Of a stretch of 46,931 bases of DNA, positions 25,654 through 37,017 are shown one piece after another. The stretch lies in contig PS015030.1 of NCBI GenBank assembly GCA_048213135.1, positions 213,424-260,354 on the forward strand, written 5' to 3'. This stretch comes from Reclinomonas americana ATCC 50394. Taxonomy: Eukaryota. Each line of letters opens with the position of its first letter. Within the stretch, counting starts at the first letter, position 1. The notes beneath the pieces are model-generated. The model had not been told where the DNA came from and made no database searches. It was given only the letters and a program-made list of their open reading frames with translations. A program made the translations under genes and the position numbers.

Positions 25654-28600
25654 TCATATCTTCAACCCCGACGTGCAATCACCGCTCGTCGCACACGCTG
25701 TCGCCGTCGACGTGGCCACAACGCCACTCTTCGGCACACACTGCTTGGTCGACGCCGTGAACGTCCACGAGCCACAGGCGGTCAACTGGGAACACCACAG
25801 TGAGCAGGCTTGTGGTCCAGTTGTTGTCTTGATGGCCCACGTGAGATCGCCACCAGGTCGATCTGCATGCCAACAATAAGCCACATGTCAGTCACGATTC
25901 TCTCTCATCTCTCATCTCTACCACTCACCCGTGTTGGTCTGGAAGCCGCTGCTGTCATACGCCGCCACACTCGTCTTGCGTCCCGATACCAAGCAGAAGT
26001 GCGAGCCACACACGTTGCTGGTCTCTGCATTGGCTGCAGCTGCTGGCACGGTGCTCTGCATTCACCGGTGAGCATGTCATTTCCTCACAATCTCTTTCGG
26101 CGATCACCGACGACGTGCCTTCAGCGTGCACAAATTCACGCCGAGAGTGTTGGATGCCGCAGCAGCATCCAGGAAAATCCATGATCGACATTGCGAGTAC
26201 TGATCGCACAGTTCGCAGCACCCGACCTCACTGCGCGCAGAAACAAGGGTCGCCACGATCGTGCCACCAGGTCGATCCACTGCCTCAAACTGGCACACTT
26301 CCAAAGCCGCTGCTCGAAGCGAGTGCGAGTGAGACAGCAGAAGATGCCGAGAACGAAAGCCCACAAGTGACGCAACATGCCACAGCTCCATTCTGCACCG
26401 TTGAACAACCGGTGTTCATTGCTACACACGCAGGCAAGTAATGTTAGTACCGTACCCCTTAGTGNNNNNNNNNNNNNNNNNNNNGCAGTCCTCCCTCCTC
26501 AAGCTTGGCCTTGGATTCACGACGACACTGCCTTCCTTCCACTCTCAGCCAGTGATCTTTGACCCACTACTGTTCACCCTCCACTCTTCGCCTCGGTTTC
26601 TCTGTTTGTCTTCCCTCGCCATTCTCAGATGTGCACAAACATATTGGCACTTAGCCCCTCTCCCCTGTCAATCTGTTCCACCCTACTGCTATCTCCTTCC
26701 CCCATGGCGCACCATACACAATCATGAACTGCTTGGTGTACGTCAGCGCGCCATCGCTCACTTGCACAAACACTTGCAGTCGCCGACTCAGTGGCGGAGC
26801 CACCGAGATTGTCAGCTGGTTGCCACCCACCAGGCTGAACAGAGCCGCATGCACGCCGCCCACAATGCTGAATGTCGGCGTCTGTCCCGTGTTGAGATCC
26901 AGCATGCTCAGTGTCCCAACGGTGAATGGCACCGTCGCACTCGAGTACGTCTGCGGTCCCGACAGCAGAATGTCACTCGGACCAACACTCCCTGCACATA
27001 ATTATGGTCAGCTGACACTCGCATAGAAACACATGCTTACATACATACCGACATCTATGCACATAGAGGGAGAGGGGAGAGAGAGAGATAAATTGCGACA
27101 GAGAGAAGAACAACATGAAGGAATGAAGCACAGTTCTAGATCTCCACACACAAACAAACAAACGACGGCTGAATACTCCCTGCGCTCTCCCTTCCCCTCA
27201 TTCCTCACCAATGGCAAATGCCGACACCGCCAGATACGTCTTTGTTGACGCCCACCGTGTGCACAGCTCGTACGTGCCAGTAGCTGCACCCGCCGCCCCA
27301 ATCGTCAGCGTGATGCTGGTCGAGCTACCGAATACACTGCTGACGGTGGTGCTGGCCACGGCCGTCGGCGGTGTCGTGGCAGCACAGAGAGGAGTGGCAA
27401 GCACATACGCCGACGCATCAGCCGAGTTGTTCACCAGCGCGGTTCCCGTCAGTGTAATCATTTGACCGGCCAGAGCCGACACAAACGTGGCCGACAGCGA
27501 TGTCACAGTGGGGACTGCAGGAAGGCAGTCAGTATCAACGTGCAATACAACCTCATGCACAATCAGAATAAACACACACCAGCAACGTTAAACGTCTGAT
27601 CGAACGACATGGCAGGATTACCATTGTCGGTCGAGCGCACAATCACCACCAACGATGCCGTCACACCCGCACTCGCAAACTGCAGCTGGTTGCCAGACGC
27701 AATTGTCACCAATGCGCTGCTGGCACCACCCACCACCGAATACGTGAACGACTGCTGCGAGTCCACATCGCTCGTGCTCATCGTGCCGATCGCCTGCCCC
27801 ATCGCGCTGGGCGGGATGTACGAGCTCACGCTCAGTGTCACCGCCGTTGGTGCATTGTTCACTGCGTGAAGACGAGGTCAGCATGCACGCCAAGGAACAC
27901 ACCACTCCCAATCAATCGTCCACTCACCCGACGTCACACTGAATGACTTGTCGACAAACATCGGAGGCGTGCCGTTGTCGAACGAACGGACTATGACAAC
28001 CAGCGGACTGGCCGACTGGCCCGCCGAGGTGATCTGCAGCTGTGCGCCAGCGCTCACCGAAAACGCAATGCCGTTCGCTCCTCCACTGACCGCGTAGGTA
28101 AACGACTGTCCCACGTTATCGTCGCTGGTGCTCATAGTACATAACGGAACACTGGCCGTCGACGGTGCGACATATGTGGTGGTTCCGGTACACGCAGCAT
28201 CGGTCGGCGCCGAGTTGGAGGTGGTGAATGACATGGTGGAGCCGGTGAGGGTGCTCGGCACGGTGGAGGTTGACAGGGCACGAAAGTAGTACGTCCAATT
28301 GGCGGCGAGCGACGTCAGTGATGCGGTAAGTGTGGTGATGGAGGCGACACCGGAAGAAGCCGGGGTGGCCGAGACGGTGGAGGAGCCGATGGTGAGTCGG
28401 CGAACAGTTAAACCAATATGATCTGCAGACTTCAATGTTGAGGAACAAGGCGGAAGAAGACGATATTTACGGGAGATACACGCACTGGCAATGTACAAAA
28501 CGGACGCCGTGGTATCATACGCCATGAATACCTGGAGTCAGCGAGTCGTCAAATTTGACAGTTTTCTTGGCAGGAGTCACGAGGAAAGTAGACGAACCGG

Positions 28601-30215
28601 CCCGTTGAGTCGAGCAACGGTCAGCGGGCTTCCGTCGGCTGATCCGCTGACTCCTGTAGCACCAGCTATTCGTGTCACAGCACCCGTGCTGACAACGACT
28701 TGGCGAATGGTGTGGTTGCCATACTTCGAAAGGCAACAGATTGTACAAAGTTAGGCGACGAGAAAATTCACAGCGCACGTTGAACTGCAGAACACGCAAC
28801 TTCTGAAACATAAAGAACGCCTCGACCACGATCAAGTTGGATGCCAATTGGTTGGTTGAAAAGAGCCGCGGTGCCTGTGGCATCTGTCGACCCTAAAAAC
28901 CCGGCGACCGAGCCAGCCAGAGTCGACAAAGTCATCGCCAGCATGTCAATCGCACGAATGTTGTGGCGATATCGATCAGCTGCTCATCACGAGAGTGTGA
29001 GAGCACGTCACGAAAAGACGGTGGCCAGTCGACGCAGAGACGAGCACACTCACCGACATACAGCCGATTGGCCGTCGTGTCCAGCGCCATGCCGTACGGT
29101 GTACCAAGCCGCGCTGTTGTTGCACAGGCTCCATCAACGATTCCCGACGACCCAATCGTGCCACAGTAGGTGGTGACTTCGCCGCCATAAGTGACCTGAG
29201 GTAAGCACATAAGCACTGGACGAAGTTACAGGACTATCGAAACTGCTAACACACACACACACACACACACACACACCTTCCTGACAGCACAATTCAGAAC
29301 ATCACCAACATACATGAGTTTGTTGGCCGCATCAACCACGATGCCGTGCGGACCATTGAATCTCGCACTCGATCCGGTGCCATTCGCAGTGCCGGCAGTC
29401 CCGTTACCGGCCAGAGTAGACACAGAACCGGACGGAGTGCTCACACGGATGGCATGGTTGGTGTTCTGCAAAGCCAGACTGTGAGCAACCGAGAAGACGT
29501 CCTGGCATAAGGAAGCACAATCACAACGCAACATCATCGATGTACAGGTACCCAGTGGTCGAGTCAATCGACACATCGCTTGGATTGTTGAACCGCGCAG
29601 CAGCGCCGATTCCATTGACAAAGCCCGGCACACCAGCACTTCCCAGAAATGTCGACGTTACACCGCCGCTCGTCACTCGCCGAATCGAGTGATTTGCTTG
29701 ATCACATATAAATGCGGTGCCAGAAGCATCTAGCGCGATACTCTGCGACTTCACATCAGTAAATGGTTATATGTGAAGCGTGTGAAGAGATGCCTACCAC
29801 AGAGCCGTTGAAACGAGCAGCTGTGCCAGTACCATCCGTCGAGCCAGACATACCCGCCGTGCCCAACCACGTCGACACAGTTGGCGTGGCACCAAGCGCA
29901 GCTGCTGTCGGTGCCCACTCGAATGAGTTTGTCATCGTCGAGGCCGCCACGGAGTTGCCCACCACCGCATTCAATGTTGCCAACGACGTCGTGACACTGC
30001 TGGCCGCGAGCGTGGACAGCGACTGGGTGGCTGCGGCACAACGAAGAGGAAGCACTCAGCAGCCGGAAGACATCAAGGATGACGAGAAGAAGTAAAAGAG
30101 GAAGAAGAGGAAGAGGAAAAGAAGGAGGGGGATAAAGAGAAGAAGGAGAATGAGGAGAAGAAGGAAAAGGAGAAGAAGGACAAGAAGGAGAAGAAGAAGA
30201 AAAAGGAAGAGAAGA

Positions 30216-30252
<37 letters not shown>

Positions 30253-33200
30253 AGAAAGAAAGAAGAAGAAGAAGAAGAAGAAGAAGNNNNNNNNNNNNNN
30301 NNNNNNNNNNNNNNNNNNNNNNNNNNNNNNNNNNNNNNNNNNNNNNNNNNNNNNNNNNNNNNNNNNNNNNNNNNNNNNNNNNNNNNNNNNNNNNNNNNNN
30401 NNNNNNNNNNNNNNNNNNNNNNNNNNNNNNNNNNNNNNNNNNNNNNNNNNNNNNNNNNNNNNNNNNNNNNNNNNNNNNNNNNNNNNNNNNNNNNNNNNNN
30501 NNNNNNNNNNNNNNNNNNNNNNNNNNNNNNNNNNNNNNNNNNNNNNNNNNNNNNNNNNNNNNNNNNNNNNNNNNNNNNNNNNNNNNNNNNNNNNNNNNNN
30601 NNNNNNNNNNNNNNNNNNNNNNNNNNNNNNNNNNNNNNNNNNNNNNNNNNNNNNNNNNNNNNNNNNNNNNNAAGAAGAGGAAGAAGAGAAAAGTAAGAGA
30701 AGGAGGGGGAGGAGGAGAAATACAGGGGCACGGAGAAAGAAAGACACGAAGGAAAAAGAGGGACAAGAGGGGAATACAGAAGACGGGGAGGAGGATGAGA
30801 ACGAGAGGGAGAGGTGGAGAGGAAGACGTAGAAAAATAAGAAGGGCAAGAAGATGAAGAAGGAGAAGAGGAGAAGAAGAAGGAGAATAAGGAAACGAAAG
30901 TCATCAGAACAACTCAATGAAAATGACGCATACGAAGACGAGACAAGAGAGAGAGAGTAAGAAGAGAATGAGCAGGAGAGGCAGCAATAGAGCACAAGAC
31001 CATGCAGCTGCACATCGCCTCACCTGCGGTGATGGTGAACGCCTTGTCAAAGAAAAGCGGCGGCGTTCCATTGTCCGTCGACCGGATCGTCACCGCCAGC
31101 GAGCTGCCCGCCTGCCCAGCCGCCACAATCACCAATGACTGTCCGCTGATCGAAAACACCGCGCTGTTGGCGCCACCGACAATCGAGTATGTGAACGACT
31201 GGCCCGCATTCGCGTCCGTCGTCTGCAGCGCACATACGACCTGATTCGCCACCGACGGCGGCACATACGTCGTCGACGAGCAGCTAATGTCGGTCGGAGC
31301 CACATTCGTGATGGTGGTGAATGACACGGTGGCGCCGTTGATGGTGCTGGGCGTGGAAGTGACACCGACGGCGCGGTAGTAGTACGTCCAGTTGCTCGCC
31401 AATCCAGTCAGTGAGGCGGTGATGGAGGTGGCAACGGAGCCAGTGGAGGTGGCGGGTGTGGCTGACACCAATTGTGACGCCAGCGAGAGGCGACGGATGG
31501 TGTGCGTGTTGTAATCGGCAATCAGCACCGATGCTGTCGATGCATCGAAGGCGAGGTGGACAGGCGAGTTGAAGCGTGCCACGGTCAGTGCGCTGCCGTT
31601 GGCTGAGCCGCTCACGCCCGCCGCGCCGCCGATCGTTGTCACAGACGAGTCTGACACACGAATGCTTCGCACGGTGTTGTTGGCAGACTGCGTGAGAGTT
31701 CAGGCTGTCAGGTCAAGAAGCGAAGACGCAGAGAGTGTGGGGTGATACTCAACATCGGCGATATAGATGACGTTGTTTCCAGAGTCGTATGCCAGTCCGA
31801 TCGGTGCGTTGAAGCGGGCAGCCGTTCCTGGTGTGCATCGATGAGTGCACACGCAAACGATCACACTGATTCGCACCTGATGAACTCACCGGTGGCATCC
31901 GTGGATCCAGATGCTCCGCTCGTTGAACCCGCCACCGTCGTCAGCGTCATCGCCACAGTGTCAATGGCTCGGATGGAGTTGTTCACGCGATCGGCTTCAC
32001 ATGCACAAGCAGGATGGCAGGATGAGAATGGGAGGAAGGGAATCTCTCTCTCTATCCCCCACAGCGCTCACCAACATACAGCGTGGTTCCAACGAGAAGC
32101 ACGCCATTGGGACCACCGAATCGTGCCGTTCCCGCACACGCACCATCGGCAGTGCCACTCATGCCCGTCGTGCCACAAAAGGTCGTCACCGCACCGGCAT
32201 AGGTCACTCGCCGCACAGTGTTGTTGAGCCAGTCGCCCACATACACCACTTGATTTGTGGAATCCACCGCGATGCCCGCAGGCTGATTGAAGGAGGCTGC
32301 TGCACCCGAGGCATTGGCACTCCCCGACACTCCGTTTCCCGCCAGTGTGGTTACCACGGCCGCTGCGGTGACCGCGCGCACGGCGTGGTTTGTCAACTGT
32401 AAGAAAGACAGAGTCACAGTCACCGGAATGCATTCATCAAGCTTGATCACGCCAGCACACACTCACATCGGCGGTATAGATGGTTCCCGTGGATTGATCG
32501 ATGGCGAGGCCGGCAACACTGCGAGAGAGTGAGTGAAACAGAGGGAGAGGAAGGGAAGAAGAGAGTGAGAGAGAGGACGGGAAGAAGAGAGAAGGGAGAA
32601 CGCACTTTTTGAACTGAGCTGCCACTCCTGTCGCATTCGTCAGGCCGCATGTGCTTCCCGCAAAGGTGGTCACAGTCGCTGCGGGTGTGATGCGTCGAAT
32701 GCGACAGTTGCTGCCATCATCATCATCGCGTGTCAGAGAGTGAGAAGGAAGCGACGAATCAACTGACAAGTGCGTGACGGACACAACTTGTAATCGCCCA
32801 CGTACACATTGCCCATGGCGTCAAAGGCAAGTCCCTGTTGAGAGAGAACACACACTCAATGTATCAGCAAAAGCGCACAGCTGGCGCAGCAGGGACACTT
32901 GTCGCAGCGTGCACAAACCATCGGCCCGTTGAACAATGCACTTGCTCCACCTCCGTCCGTCGTTCCCGAGGTGCCCGCCGTGCCCACAAAGGTGGAGACA
33001 GTGGCAGTGGGAACGCCGAAAGCAGCAGCATAGAGTGACCACTCGAACGAGTTGGTGGTGCCGCCGGCGACGTTGTTGGGATTGATCCACGCATTGAGAG
33101 TGGCGGACGTGCCGGTGATGTTGTTAGCGACGGCGGTGGTCACTGTCTGGGCGTCTGCGACGCACACGGAGAGCGAAGAATTGTGCGCGTGTGTCAGTGT

Positions 33201-33349
33201 GCGGGTGAGAGGTGCGGGCTCGAGTGGCGAGGGGAGGGTGAAGAAAAGGGAAACGAGGAGCGCCATACAAGAGAAGATATGGAAGGCTGCAAATTCACAA
33301 CGTTTCTACCAAAACGAAGAAGAGAGTGCACGACGGAAAGAGAGGGCGA

Positions 33350-33417
<68 letters not shown>

Positions 33418-33542
33418 ATGTGCACTCTCACACAAGCACACACAAGCACACACACACACACGCAGTCGCAACTTGCAGTGACCGCGAGTGAGAGGACAAG
33501 CGCGAGGGCGACGATGAGCGCGACGGTGAGGAGCAGGCGCAT
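25654..33542 (-). CDS. Secreted multidomain adhesin/lectin-like protein: signal peptide - [FN3 split by 6 NHL] - cadherin-like - [FN3 split by 6 NHL] - 2x cadherin-like - IPT-like - cadherin-like - 2x PAN/Apple; about 24 introns
   Basis: MRLLLTVALIVALALVLSLAVTA|NAQ signal; NHL repeats; NxAPTDIxxS...TxDxxxGQSFTYSxxGG...VxxRSTDNGxP cadherin-like motifs; DRPGG...C..C....C.SW.F....C.LKS PAN/Apple pattern twice; stop after GLKI at 25654. No transmembrane segment seen. Confidence 0.85.
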
Positions 33543-33750
33543 GAAGGGCCAGTCGAATGCGTGAGTGAGCGAAACAAATGTGGAAACGGGGGAAACGCCC
33601 TGATTTTGGCGCCAATTGCAAATTGTGCGATCGCGCGCGAGTGCTCGACAGTCGAGGCGACTCAGCAACGCGCGTTGGGTACTATACTGTAGAACAGAAT
33701 AAAAGTCGCATCTCCTGCAGCGAGGTCTCAGTCGCGCGATATCCAACTTC

Positions 33751-33872
33751 GAAAGAAAAACACTTCATTCACCACATTCCAATAATGCGACAAATTTAAA
33801 TGTCCACAAATTCATGAAAGAAACAAACACTTCATTCACCACATTCCAATAATGCGATAAACGCCCACAAAT
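33751..33872 (+). repeat. Direct repeat with a ~65-bp period in the AT-richer intergenic region between divergent genes
   Basis: aaacacttcattcaccacattccaataatgcga occurs twice (about 33758 and 33825). Confidence 0.8.
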
Positions 33873-34124
33873 CCCTTGCCGACAACGACCTTGGCACACC
33901 AACAATATACAAACACATAATTACTTCATCATGATCACGCGTACGACGTCGACTTCGCAGTACGAGCTCGAATGCATCAACAGCTTTGTGCCTGCCCTAC
34001 GTCGTAGTACACTTTGCTTCACTCTTCGGCTACCACTTTGTACTCGCCGTTGCACAACGAAGGGAAGGGGAAGAGTACACGTGTCCTCCGACGACTCTTT
34101 TCAGTATTTGGGGTCGTATTTGTG

Positions 34125-34633
34125 ATGGAGTCAAATCTCGGCCTCGTCGACCCTGTTGTTGCGTTCCTCCCTGTGCCCAGTCTTCTCTCTCTCTCTCACT
34201 TGCCAGTCTCTGATTCGCTGTTTTGTTGGGCATGCACAGTGTCACAATCAACAGTGAGGAAGTCGTGTCTACTCTCTCTGTGTGTGTGTGGCCAAGTGCC
34301 CCTCTCACACTGAGTGTGTATGTGTGTGTGCAGCTACGATGTGTTGCCAGGGTGGTTGCAGGCGGGCGAGCAGTGTGCGCGCGAGGGCAACACGCAAAGT
34401 GCGTGGTGAGAGAGAGAGAGAGAGAGAGAGTGAGTGAGTGAGGGAAAGGGAAAGAGAGAGAGAGAGAGTGAGAGCGAGAGAGAGAGAGAGGAGGAGAGGA
34501 GGAGAGGAGAAGGAAGGAAGAGAGAGANNNNNNNNNNNNNNNNNNNNNNNNNNNNNNNNNNNNNNNNNNNNNNNNNNNNNNNNNNNNNNNNNNNNNNNTT
34601 CCCTACCCGCCGTTCTCGCTCGTCCTTCGTCGC

Positions 34634-34672
<39 letters not shown>

Positions 34673-35117
34673 GTTCCCCATGTGTGTCAGACTCTCTCCC
34701 TCGTCGTCTTCCGTTTTCGGCGTTGAGGCTTCCGTGCCCTTCCCACCGCCTATCCTTGACTGCTTTCCTCTCTCGCTCTCTCTTCCCGGACTCTCTTTCT
34801 CCGTCGTCGTCTTCCGTTCGTATTCCCTCACCGCCGCATTGTGAGGCCATCCTTTCCGCTCGCCATTCTGCTCTTCTGTGATCGCTTCCTCCCAAACTCA
34901 CTCTTCCTCTCTCATTCTTTTTGTCGTTCATCGTCGATCCTGCCGCATTGTCGCTGAGGCTCCATCCTAACCCACTCGCCATTCTGCTCTTCTGTGATCG
35001 CTTCCTCCAAAACTCACTCTTTCTCTCCTTGCAGTGCTGAACACGCTACAGGCACTGTCGATCTCAGATGCGGCGGCCATTCGCCACGAGATCTGGGAGG
35101 CGTATCATGGACGCTGA
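34125..35117 (+). CDS. Hypothetical 64-aa protein, 4 exons (34125-34157, 34240-34253, 34334-34398, 35035-35117)
   Basis: All three GT-AG introns are phase-compatible (0, 2, 1), giving MESNLGLVDPVCHNQHYDVLPGWLQAGEQCAREGNTQMLNTLQALSISDAAAIRHEIWEAYHGR*. An upstream exon or an exon in the gap is possible. Confidence 0.55.
34859..35021 (+). repeat. Intronic direct repeat (~46 bp x2)
   Basis: ctcgccattctgctcttctgtgatcgcttcctcc..aaactcactctt at about 34859 and 34975. Confidence 0.8.
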
Positions 35118-35230
35118 AGAAAGCTCTTAATTTAAGGGTCGAGACGGGCGCTGTTGCATGAAGACAAATGAAGTTTCTCTTCACACAATCACTGCCAAGT
35201 GCCATTCACTTGTTGTCTTAACGCTCACGA

Positions 35231-35822
35231 TCATTCCGGCACGCCCTCCAGACTCAAGTGCGGGTCCACGCCCACGTGCGCGTGTTGGTCAGTGTTGTTG
35301 TTGCCGAATGACACGGTCGTCTGTGGAGCGAGAGGGTAGGAAGTGAGGAAGGAGCAGGGGAAGGAAGAGAACAAGGAGACAGGGAATAGAGGAACGAGGA
35401 GGAGGAGGAGAGGAAGGAGGCGGGCAGGAAAGGAGACTAACAACGAGGATGAGAACAAAAGAAAGCGGTAAAGGAGAAGGATTGTACATGTGAGTCTCTC
35501 GCTTGCTCAGCAGCAGGCATGCTCTCTCTGTCTCTCTCTGTCTCTCTCTCTCTCTCTCTCTACACTCATTCCACACTTCTCTCTCTCTCTCTCCCTCTCA
35601 TGCCCTGCTCATACGCATGTTCTCGTTTTCCTGTCTCCCTCTCTGCCCTTCTCTCTCTCTCTCTGTGCACGCAACAGTGTCATCATTGCCGTGCACATCA
35701 ACGTGGTTGACTTCCTCGTTCTTGGAGCTTTGAGCTGCATGCAACAGAAGAAAGCAAGTGAGTGAGCACACACACACACACACGACAACTAAGAGCAGTG
35801 AAAGTCACGCACAGGCACCCAT
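35231..35822 (-). CDS. Hypothetical 52-aa protein with an N-myristoylation motif, 3 exons (35822-35813, 35734-35676, 35320-35231)
   Basis: A-rich context before the ATG; donors GTGCGT and GTTGCGT; CAG acceptors; phases 1 and 0. Product MGASQSSKNEEVNHVDVHGNDDTTTVSFGNNNTDQHAHVGVDPHLSLEGVPE*. Confidence 0.65.
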
Positions 35823-37017
35823 TGTTGTTTGTGCTTGCGTGCGAGAGAGATGAAAAAGTGGTGTGAGTGCGAGAAGGTCCCACAGTCAAGAATTGGTCGC
35901 CGGAGATAGCATGCACATGAACTTGACGTGTTCTTTCAGAGATGCAGACTACGGTGATTGTCGCCGTGCAGCGAGGTGCGTACAGAGAGCGTGCGTTGCT
36001 AACTAGGAGACGACAAGACTTCGACAAGATTTTCAGATATTGATCCCGGTATTGATCGATATCGCGTTTCGCGCTGGGGTGTCGCTGAGGTGCCGAGTTA
36101 CGGGTGCTTGCCAAATGCATTGCCTGCCACGATACGCCAGCATTAGGCATTTCGACTTTTCTCGTTCTGCGGCCGCGGTGCGCGTCGAATTCGTCGGTCG
36201 CAGTTCTCGACTTGTTCGAAGCTCCGAGAGCGAACACACGCAACTCACAAGAAACGTGCTGCTGCCTCAAGACGGGTACTTTTGTTGATGCTTTGGTCAA
36301 GGATAAGACTTGGTCATGTTGCTTGTAGGTAGTTGCTGTTTCTGGATTGGCATATCAACCAGAAAATTCTGGCTAACTCAACATCGCGATCAGCATGCAC
36401 CTGTGGCTGCTTGAATCACTAGTGTTGTTGCTGCTGTTTCTGCAGGTGACCTGTCTGCACACCTCATGGGTCCAGCATCGCAGCAGCCCGTGCAATCATG
36501 ATGTCGATATCGCGATATCGATATTGCGATTTCGCATTGATGGGATCCGGAGCTCGAGCTCGCGACCAAGAAGACAACAACCGCGACTTTTGTAATCCCA
36601 TGCTGTTGCGTCACGTGCACCATCTTGCGGGAGTGCCAGAAGCTGATCGCGGTCGCTGCGATTTTGATGCACTTGCTCGATCTCGATCTCCTCTCTCGCT
36701 CACGCATGTTGTCTCGCCTTCAGTGACGGCTGCACACACGAGTGAAGCGATCCGATGCATGCCACCCCACTACGCAGCGCTGCGCCGAGTGAACAACTCG
36801 ATTGGTCCATGAATGTGTCAAATGTGTGTGATGTGTGTGGCACCGCGGGTGTCTGTGGCACATCGACAGCACTCTCCCACACATCACCTCCACCGCGCCA
36901 CCCACTGCACCCCTCTTCGCTCTCGTCCTCCAGCATGATCGCTTTGCAACGGTTGCGAGTGGTCGCGCGCAGCTGTCGACCGTTACGTTTTACGTTTCAC
37001 GCGAGAGAAAGAGAGAC

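Noticed and set aside
29751-31013. Long ORFs spanning N-gaps and microsatellites (also 10033-11160 and 14606-15513)
   Set aside because: Artefacts of N runs and low-complexity intronic tracts.
36504-36521. 18-bp perfect palindrome tcgatatcgcgatatcga (also gagctcgagctc nearby and gtcgacgtcgac at ~38695)
   Set aside because: The sequence is rich in TCGA/CG words and no associated structure is visible; probably chance.
35830-36940. ORFs 35698-36300 (-), 36390-36707 (-) and 36395-36595 (+)
   Set aside because: No consistent splice model or recognisable motif; left unannotated, though a gene cannot be excluded.
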